Translations under genes and position numbers: made by a program | In this document: positions 31,418 to 38,144 of the stretch, piece after piece | Layout: the number at the start of each line of letters is the position of its first letter | Position numbering within the stretch: position 1 is the stretch's first letter | Origin: a plasmid | Length of the DNA stretch: 38,144 nucleotides | Sequence record: NZ_CP072379.1 | Strand: one strand, 5' to 3' | The notes under the pieces: model-generated | Database searches by the model: none | Seen by the model: only the letters and a program-made list of their open reading frames with translations | Told to the model about the DNA's origin: nothing

Positions 31418-31645
31418 TTATTTCCAATTTTGAACTTCTTTTAAAAATATTGCTCTTCTAGGCGAAACATAATAATTAGAATTTTTACTTTTATCGTATT
31501 CTCTAAGTTTCCATAATCTAGTTTTCATTTCTGATAATTTTATGTTAGTATGATTTATCTTATTGTATTTTATCGGAATAATGTCAACGCTATCGGAATA
31601 TAATATACTAATTATCGGAATAATATTTTCTTTAAAAAATATCAA
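31418..31645 (-). CDS. Small hypothetical protein, doubtful
   Basis: A 75-aa ORF directly downstream of the parB-like gene. I do not recognise any motif. Confidence 0.2.
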   Translation of the reverse strand: MIFFKENIIPIISILYSDSVDIIPIKYNKINHTNIKLSEMKTRLWKLREYDKSKNSNYYVSPRRAIFLKEVQNWK

Positions 31646-31651
31646 AAAATT

Positions 31652-32284
31652 TTAAGTTAAAGATTTAATTTGCTCCTCAATATCTCTAATTTCTTCTCTT
31701 ATCTTTTTTATCAAGTGTTGCCTTTTTACTTTTTCTCTCGTTAAAAAAATTCTTCTTTCTTCCACATCTGATAACTTTACTGCTTCTTTCTGTTCTTCAA
31801 TTTCTTTTAATTTTAAACTTGGATTATCTGATTTTATTACTTCTATAATTTCAGTTTCTTGAAAGTTTTCTTTTTTATGCCCTGTTAAAGTTTTTACAGT
31901 TCTGTTAGGTAATGTTAAAACCTTCTCTGGTTCTTCAAGTCCCTTAGCTTGATATTCTAAATATAATGAATATTTTCTTATTGCTACATTTGCACTGTCT
32001 CTATCTATACCTAATTTTTCTATCCATTTTCCAAATGACCCATTTCCTTTATTTGAAAAAATTTGATTGGCTTCAAATATTGCTTTTGAATATTTAAAAA
32101 TATGTTCCATTGACTTTTCTTTATGGAATGTTATGTCGTTTTCATATTTTATAAGCTCTTCTTTTTCTGTTCCTGATATATCAAGTTCTTCATAATCTAT
32201 ATTATAAATACTTTCAATCTTTGCTACTACAGGAACTTTCTTGCTATTAATTTTACTAAGATCTAAATTAAATTTTTTGCTCAT
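31652..32284 (-). CDS. Putative partition adaptor or centromere-binding protein (ParB-like partner of ParA)
   Basis: A 210-aa charged protein whose start overlaps the parA stop (ATGA). Its position and size fit a plasmid ParB/ParG-like partner. I do not recognise a diagnostic motif. Confidence 0.45.
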   Translation of the reverse strand: MSKKFNLDLSKINSKKVPVVAKIESIYNIDYEELDISGTEKEELIKYENDITFHKEKSMEHIFKYSKAIFEANQIFSNKGNGSFGKWIEKLGIDRDSANVAIRKYSLYLEYQAKGLEEPEKVLTLPNRTVKTLTGHKKENFQETEIIEVIKSDNPSLKLKEIEEQKEAVKLSDVEERRIFLTREKVKRQHLIKKIREEIRDIEEQIKSLT

Positions 32285-33021
32285 TTTATCCCCTCTTTTT
32301 TTATCATTTCTTTTGCTAAGCTACTATAATCTTTTGCTCCATTTGCATTTTTTGAATAATCAAATATTGATTGATGTGTAACAATACATTCCGATAAAGC
32401 CACATTTTTTCTTATTATACTTTTTAGTAAATAATCTTTATATTCTTCTTTCAACTGTTCCTGTATTTGTTCCGACAATGCTGTTTTTTCTTTTCTAATT
32501 AATATAATTCCCGATATATCTTTTCCCAATCCTTTTGTAAAATTAATCGTAGCATTAAGTCCTAAAAGCTCATTTATTCCAGGTAAAATTACAGGATAAA
32601 CACTTGAAGTGTAAATTGCTGAAGTCGTATACGCATTAAATGCTGGAGCGGTATCAAATATTATAACATCATAATTTTCTGATAGATTTTCTAAAAAATT
32701 ATTCAACAGTTGATAATAATATGGTCCTTGATTTCTTAATTCTTCCATATCTTTTTCTGCTTCAGTCCCAGCACTTATTAAATATAAATTTTTATTTAAT
32801 TTTTCGGGTTGAAAGTCATTTGTTCTTTCAAGTAAATAATCTCCTAACGAAAAATTTAATTCATTAACATTTATTCCAAAATTTGTAGAAAGATTTAACT
32901 GCGGATCAGTATCGATTGCCAAAGTTTTTAATCCCTGCTTTGAAAAATAATGTGCCAAATTAAAAACCGTTGTTGTTTTACCACAACCACCTTTATTATT
33001 AACTATTGCTATTTTTTTCAT
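32281..33021 (-). CDS. parA: ParA/Soj-family partition ATPase
   Basis: MKKIAIVNNKGGCGKTTTVFNLAHYF is a deviant Walker A motif (KGGxGKT). The ATG at 33021 follows AGGGAGG. It is about 247 aa long. Confidence 0.85.
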   Translation of the reverse strand: MKKIAIVNNKGGCGKTTTVFNLAHYFSKQGLKTLAIDTDPQLNLSTNFGINVNELNFSLGDYLLERTNDFQPEKLNKNLYLISAGTEAEKDMEELRNQGPYYYQLLNNFLENLSENYDVIIFDTAPAFNAYTTSAIYTSSVYPVILPGINELLGLNATINFTKGLGKDISGIILIRKEKTALSEQIQEQLKEEYKDYLLKSIIRKNVALSECIVTHQSIFDYSKNANGAKDYSSLAKEMIKKEGIK

Positions 33022-33095
33022 AACATCCTCCCTAAAAATAAATTTTTTTATCACTTTTAGTATAACATTATTTATAAAAAAATCAATTTTTTTAA

Positions 33096-33117
33096 TTTGT
33101 CAGTCATGACTGACAAA
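33096..33117. promoter_or_regulatory. Perfect 22-bp palindrome tttgtcagtca|tgactgacaaa, a candidate par operator or centromere-like site
   Basis: Arms of 11 bp with no spacer lie 75 bp upstream of the parA start in non-coding DNA. Confidence 0.45.
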
Positions 33118-33186
33118 CTGATTTTTTATTTCTGAATGTAAAAAAAATCAAAGAAAATCATAAATTATCTTCAGTTTTTCCCCTAC

Positions 33187-33828
33187 TTATTTTAAAATAC
33201 TATCTAAATTTACAAGTTTGCTATTGATATCTGAAAAACTCAAGTTAGCATAAATTAAAGTATTGTTTATATTTTTATGACCAAGAACTTTCTTTAATTC
33301 TGCTAATGATAATCCAGCGTTTAGTAAATGTACTGCTCGACTGTGACGGAATACATGCGTATGTGCAAACTTCTTATCAATTCCTAACTTTTCAAATAAA
33401 CGTTTCATGTATCTATTTGTGTGATTTTCATCAGCTCTTCCTTTTCTAGAATTTCGTGCAATATAGTCTTTACTTGTTAATCCCAAATGTAGCTGCTGTT
33501 CTAGTAATAGAGCATAAAGTTCTGATGACATAACAATTTCCTTGTAATCCTTAAATTTTTGTTTTGAGTTATTGATTTTTGCCACTGTTAGATTTTTCCC
33601 CCTGTAATTAATTTTCTGTATATCACTATACTTTAAGTTAACTACTTCATTAATTCTTGCTCCTAATTCATATAGTAATGAAAATACTACTTTGTAATTA
33701 AGACTTGCATTTTCAATAATTTTTTTTATATCTGATTCACTAAGATATTTAACCTTTTCTTCTTTTTCATCTTTTTCATCATCTATAAGAATTATATCAT
33801 TTCTATTTTGTATAAAAATATCCTTCAT
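33187..33828 (-). CDS. Short tyrosine recombinase (catalytic domain only, 213 aa)
   Basis: GARINEVVNLKYSDI carries the catalytic Arg I. HTHVFRHSRAVHLLNAGLSLAELKKVLGHKNINNTLIYANL carries the H-x-x-R, His and Tyr nucleophile motifs. There is no N-terminal core-binding domain. Confidence 0.75.
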   Translation of the reverse strand: MKDIFIQNRNDIILIDDEKDEKEEKVKYLSESDIKKIIENASLNYKVVFSLLYELGARINEVVNLKYSDIQKINYRGKNLTVAKINNSKQKFKDYKEIVMSSELYALLLEQQLHLGLTSKDYIARNSRKGRADENHTNRYMKRLFEKLGIDKKFAHTHVFRHSRAVHLLNAGLSLAELKKVLGHKNINNTLIYANLSFSDINSKLVNLDSILK

Positions 33829-34096
33829 TTTAGTTCCTTTCTATAAGGAATTTTTTTTTTTATCTCATACCTTATTAATAATAATTATATAATATAAATT
33901 ATCAAAAAACAATATCAATTTTAGAACTTAAAACAAAAAGGTATGAAAATAATTCATTTCCACACCTTATTTTAAGCCTCAATTTATAAGCAACTTTCAC
34001 TTTTTCTGTTCAGATTATTAAATATATAACTATATTTTAACAGAAAAATTTTTTTTTAGCCATAACAAAAACCTCCAAATATTATATAGTTGTTTT

Positions 34097-34141
34097 ACCA
34101 TATATTATATTTTGAATTTACACAAAATTATGGACACTCTC
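34097..34141 (+). repeat. Junction element taccatatattatatttt followed by a 28-bp unit gaatttacacaaaattatggacactctc
   Basis: Matches 8468-8513. It lies about 290 bp upstream of the recombinase gene start, and both are on the same side of the module. Confidence 0.65.
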
Positions 34142-34223
34142 GCATCTCCTATTTTATGTCCGATATTTTGGATATATTTCAACAAAAAATCATCTGATTT
34201 TTTAGATAATTGTTTATAGAACT

Positions 34224-34403
34224 TATTTTTCTATCCTTTTTATTAGTTTACCTTTGATATAAATTTCTTCTGCTATTATTTTTCCATTCAAATTATATTC
34301 CTTACATAATCCACAAAGTCTTTCTTTTTCATCAAAAGAAACTTTAAATACAACTTTTTCATTTTTCCTTCTAATGCTATTTCTGAAAACTATATTGTTT
34401 CAT
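34224..34403 (-). pseudogene. Frameshifted small ribbon-helix-helix-like ORF
   Basis: MKQYSFQK is followed, after a frameshift, by NSIRRKNEKVVFKVSFDEKERLCGLCKEYNLNGKIIAEEIYIKGKLIKRIEK. The KVSFDEKERL...EYNL pattern resembles a ribbon-helix-helix DNA-binding protein of the CopG/MobC/antitoxin type. Confidence 0.25.
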
Positions 34404-34429
34404 TTCTACACTCTTTTATGAATACTCTC

Positions 34430-34945
34430 TCAATAATAGGGAATTTCAATATCATACCATCTTTTAAACCTAATTCCGATTTTATCTATAATAAATTCTG
34501 TTTCTTGATTTTTTAATTTTTTATTTTTAATAAATATCTTAAACTCAAAATAATTTCTATCGTATTCATAAAATCTTGTCCTAATTTTTTTATATATCTT
34601 TTTTTTATCTAAAATTTTTTTTAATTCTTCTTCTGATATTTCATATGTACAAAAACGCTTCTTCTCAAAGCATTGTAAGTTGTCTAAGTTTTTATTTACT
34701 AAAATTTCTCCTAATTTTTTATTATGATATATTATTTCAATTTTTTCCAATATATACTCCCTATTTAATTGTGGATCAAGATAAATGGAAAGATAATTAT
34801 CTTCCACTAACAAGTTATCAACCTTATTATTTTCATTTACTGCAAAACTTTTACTAATTCCAGCTAATTCATAATTTCCAAAATCTTTAAAATATATAAA
34901 AACTAATATAAAAATTGATATTAAAATTACAATTTTTTTTCTCAT
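34430..34945 (-). CDS. Small exported protein directly coupled to the tpsA 3' end, a candidate CdiI-like immunity protein
   Basis: A 171-aa ORF whose ATG immediately follows the tpsA TAA (TAAATG). The N-terminus MRKKIVILISIFILVFIYF is a signal peptide or membrane anchor. I do not recognise a family. Confidence 0.5.
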   Translation of the reverse strand: MRKKIVILISIFILVFIYFKDFGNYELAGISKSFAVNENNKVDNLLVEDNYLSIYLDPQLNREYILEKIEIIYHNKKLGEILVNKNLDNLQCFEKKRFCTYEISEEELKKILDKKKIYKKIRTRFYEYDRNYFEFKIFIKNKKLKNQETEFIIDKIGIRFKRWYDIEIPYY

Positions 34946-37900
34946 TTATCTTCCTTTATTATCTTTATGATATTCTTCTAATTCTTTAAATCCAACATGG
35001 GTTATTCCTTTTTTTCTAGCCCATTCAGAAATTTTTGAATAATTTAAACTTATAGTTTTGGCTAATTTATCATAATCCTCCCTTTCTTTTTTTGTTGATT
35101 TATCATTTATTCCCGTACCATGCTGTTTCCAATTACTTACATCTGTAAAATAATGTTTTCCTGCTTCCAATAACTCTACTGGATTAGAAAGATTTTCATA
35201 CGTATAGTAATCAAACGTTCCTATATTAATTGGATCCTTCACAACTTTTTTTAAGTCTGAAGTAAACACAATTTCTCTTCCATTTTCTTTATTGACAAAT
35301 TTTATATTTAGTCCCCCTGTTACTTTAATTTTTCCACCAATCATATTATGATATACTGCTTCTTTAGCTGAAACTCTTTCATACTTTTCAGGATGTTTTT
35401 TAAATTCTTCAATAGCTTCTTTATGATTCAACGCAACTAAATAATAATAATTAATTTTTTCTCTTTCTTTTTTATCACTGGAATAAGCACTCCAATTTAC
35501 TAAATATTTAGTAAAACGAGAATCAATTTCTTTTTTATATTCTTTATTGTTTAGATATTTTTCCCAACTTATAGAATCAGCTATTTTCTTTTCTTCATAT
35601 GCTTCTATAAAAGCACGTAGAACATTTGCTTTTTCTTTATCAGTATTAAACATTTTTTTACTATGATATTCAGAAGGAACTATTGTCTTATCCCCCACAT
35701 TCTCACCAAAATCAACATTGGAATAATCTTTCCCGTCTGATTGAATATTGATAGCTGGATTGTCATCCTTGTATTTTTCAGAAAAGTACTCATTTGAAGC
35801 CCTTCCTGTACTTTCAAGCCCTTTTTCATCTGTTCCTGTCTTTCTCTGTCTACCTTCAACTTTTCCTATTACGTGGCTTCCCTCTTCAACTATTGTTCCA
35901 ATAAGTCCAGCCTTTGTCATATTTTTCGAATCTTGTGCATTGATTATTATTGTTTTAATTCCATAATCATCTACATATGCTGTTCCTGTCTTTGGTTTTC
36001 CTTTTTCATCTAATAATTGTGGAGAATTTTTAGGATCTGAAAATATGATGTTTATGTCATATCCTAAATCCTTGTAGGCATCCTTAAAAATACCTGCTAT
36101 TTCAGTATCTACTGTCTTACCTATCAATCTTTCGCTCGTTATATTTTCAAGACTCTTGTCCAGTCTAACTTCTGAAAGCTGCCCAAAGAAGTTCCTGTTG
36201 TCATCCCCTCTGTCGTGAATTGACTCTTTTATTGCCCATTTTATGTCATTTATTTCCTCTTTGGCTTTCCCAATATCCTCTTTCAGTTTACCAGGATTAG
36301 TAAGATATTCTATAACCTGTGGCTCCACATTGATATTTGTTCTGCTATGAGTGTCCTTTATTATTTCATTGGCTTTACTTATGTCAGTATTTATAGGTGC
36401 TCCTTCATCTCTTCCTATTTCAGGACTTCCTATGACAGTATTTCTTGTGATTCCTTGCTTATCTCTGCTATCCTGATTGAATCCAACATTGGTAATTTTT
36501 GGGTTTCCTCCAAGTGAAACTCCTATTGAACCTCCTGTTGTTGTCATTGTATCATAATTTTGGATATCTTTTCCAGCATAAGTGTCAATTCTGAATGTAG
36601 AGTTCCCTTCCTTGCCTATTACAGCTCCAGTATTTTCAACTGTTCCAACATGAAGGTTGCTTCCTTCTCCAACAACGAATGTACTTTGATTGTCTACAAA
36701 TGCCCTGTTTCCATTTGTTCTACTTGCATTTATATTTACTGATGTTGGAATTCCTTGAGAACTCACTCCTACGCTCATTCCTTTACTGCTTCCAGTTGTT
36801 GTGCTTGTATTCTGTCTTGAAATAACTTCAACTTTTCCAATGTTTCCTGTTACTTTTCCACCTTCCTGATTAAATCCTGAAAGTGTCATTGTTCCAGTAT
36901 TATTGTGAACTTCATTTACATTTTGAAAATTACCATTTTGATAAATAGTTTCAGTTGTATTTTGATTACTTTTACTTGCTGAAATACTTCCACCGTTTCC
37001 AGTTGTCTGCATTTTGTGTCCATAACCTACTGTTGCACTTGCATTTATTCCTTTACTTGAACTTGATGAATTACTGCTGTTGTGCAATTCTACGGCTTCT
37101 TTTCTAATATTTTCAACATTGTTGTAAACGAATGTTCCGCCTTGTGCTTGTGTTCCTTGATATTCAATATTTTTTACATTGTTGTAAGTTATGCTTGAAT
37201 TTCCATCGGTAGGTTTCATTGTAGTTATAACAGCACTTTCTGTGTGCGAATCAGAGCTACTCTTAGATTTAGATATTCCAGCGTTTACTCCAATATTGGC
37301 ATAAAAATTATTGTTGGCTGAAGCATTTTTTACTCCTTGTTTTCCAACACTTCCATTAACATCATAGTTTGTCTGTCTTGTTCCTTGATTGTCTGCAAGT
37401 CCTTTAATTGTGCCAGTTACTGCATTTATTGCAGTCATTGCTCCACCAGCAGTATCGCCGTCCTTAACCTGTTTTACAGCATTCCCAGCCTGTTTTGCCC
37501 TGTCTAATATTGGGCTGTTTATTCCTGCTGAAATTCCAAAACTGCTGCTTTTACTTTCCGTATGCACATCTCTCGTATCAATTCTTGCTCCATATTTTAC
37601 ATCGCCATTATTGATTTGAATATTTCCGTATTCAAAGTTTGTAGCCGTAATTTCTGCACCTTTATTCAATACAGAACCATCTCCAATTTGTAAGTTAGAG
37701 CCAGCATTTATCGTACTCTTCTCATCGTATGAATTTTGTGATTTTCCATAACTTAATGAGGCTGTTCCGTGACTTATTCCACCTGAGAATCCTTTTTTCT
37801 TGTTCTCTTCAAAATAGCTATTGTGTAGCTGTTGTGCATCTGTTGTAAGTTTTCCACCAATATATGTATTATCTCCAAGCACAACGTTACTTCCAATTGA

Positions 37901-38144
37901 ATTTATATCGCCTAATATTACAGCGTTCTCTCCAAGCATTAGGTTACTTGCTGAATTTTCTTCAGTATGTGAATTTTTGTAGCTGCTTTTTGATGACATG
38001 AAACCTTTGCTTGTGCTTTTTGATTCATTTTCATAACTGTTTACTGCCGACTCTACTTTTATATTTCCTATTACTGTAAGTCCTGTCGTATCTTTTGCGA
38101 TAAATGATGAACCTTTTAAGTTCATATCTCCAACTGTTCCTGAA
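34946..38144 (-). CDS. C-terminal portion of the TpsA/CdiA-like exoprotein (FHA-2-like repeats plus a roughly 500-aa non-repetitive C-terminal region). The ORF continues past the right edge of the window.
   Basis: The frame is open from 38144 to the stop at 34946. Ser/Gly/Asn/Thr-rich beta-helix repeats (…ESKSSSFGISAGINSPILD…) give way after about residue 560 to a charged, non-repetitive domain (…VENTGAVIGKEGNSTF… to …HVGFKELEEYHKDNKGR). The frame at 38144 is continuous with the tpsA frame at position 1. Confidence 0.8.
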   Translation of the reverse strand, partial: SGTVGDMNLKGSSFIAKDTTGLTVIGNIKVESAVNSYENESKSTSKGFMSSKSSYKNSHTEENSASNLMLGENAVILGDINSIGSNVVLGDNTYIGGKLTTDAQQLHNSYFEENKKKGFSGGISHGTASLSYGKSQNSYDEKSTINAGSNLQIGDGSVLNKGAEITATNFEYGNIQINNGDVKYGARIDTRDVHTESKSSSFGISAGINSPILDRAKQAGNAVKQVKDGDTAGGAMTAINAVTGTIKGLADNQGTRQTNYDVNGSVGKQGVKNASANNNFYANIGVNAGISKSKSSSDSHTESAVITTMKPTDGNSSITYNNVKNIEYQGTQAQGGTFVYNNVENIRKEAVELHNSSNSSSSSKGINASATVGYGHKMQTTGNGGSISASKSNQNTTETIYQNGNFQNVNEVHNNTGTMTLSGFNQEGGKVTGNIGKVEVISRQNTSTTTGSSKGMSVGVSSQGIPTSVNINASRTNGNRAFVDNQSTFVVGEGSNLHVGTVENTGAVIGKEGNSTFRIDTYAGKDIQNYDTMTTTGGSIGVSLGGNPKITNVGFNQDSRDKQGITRNTVIGSPEIGRDEGAPINTDISKANEIIKDTHSRTNINVEPQVIEYLTNPGKLKEDIGKAKEEINDIKWAIKESIHDRGDDNRNFFGQLSEVRLDKSLENITSERLIGKTVDTEIAGIFKDAYKDLGYDINIIFSDPKNSPQLLDEKGKPKTGTAYVDDYGIKTIIINAQDSKNMTKAGLIGTIVEEGSHVIGKVEGRQRKTGTDEKGLESTGRASNEYFSEKYKDDNPAINIQSDGKDYSNVDFGENVGDKTIVPSEYHSKKMFNTDKEKANVLRAFIEAYEEKKIADSISWEKYLNNKEYKKEIDSRFTKYLVNWSAYSSDKKEREKINYYYLVALNHKEAIEEFKKHPEKYERVSAKEAVYHNMIGGKIKVTGGLNIKFVNKENGREIVFTSDLKKVVKDPINIGTFDYYTYENLSNPVELLEAGKHYFTDVSNWKQHGTGINDKSTKKEREDYDKLAKTISLNYSKISEWARKKGITHVGFKELEEYHKDNKGR

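Noticed and set aside
34645-37619. Plus-strand ORFs 34645..34857, 35748..35966, 36560..36742 and 37389..37619
   Set aside because: They are shadows within the tpsA C-terminal ORF and the immunity candidate.

Overview
This AT-rich window (about 27% GC) reads as a mosaic plasmid from a diderm, low-GC bacterium. A Fusobacteriota host of the Leptotrichia/Fusobacterium type is an inference, not a demonstrated result. Both ends of the window lie inside a very large minus-strand filamentous-hemagglutinin-like (TpsA) gene. The reading frames at the two ends agree exactly if position 1 is joined to position 38144. I therefore suspect the window is a complete 38,144-bp circular replicon carrying an E. 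coli-type CDI-like locus: tpsB, a roughly 2,597-aa tpsA, then a tightly coupled small signal-peptide ORF. The backbone has two complete Rep_3-type initiators, each with its own iteron array, and a truncated third rep copy. It also has a divergent MobV-family relaxase with a candidate oriT, a ParA/ParB-like partition pair, and a short catalytic-domain-only tyrosine recombinase. Two type II toxin-antitoxin pairs are present: YoeB with a hybrid DinJ/YefM-like antitoxin, and RelB with a decayed YafQ. Cargo is a complete staphylococcal/streptococcal-type lactose PTS and tagatose-6-phosphate operon (lacR-lacABCDFEG) plus a LacI-family regulator. There is also an AAA-ATPase/PD-(D/E)XK-like gene with two degraded extra copies, a YeiH-family membrane protein, two IS (rve-type) remnants and several pseudogenes. 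The most striking non-coding signal is a conserved 13-mer, tttaca(c/t)aaaatt, embedded in 28-bp units and flanking hairpins. It recurs at eight places at module boundaries, suggesting a cassette organisation driven by site-specific recombination. A 21-codon hydrophobic ORF with its own promoter, Shine-Dalgarno sequence and terminator resembles a type I toxin.
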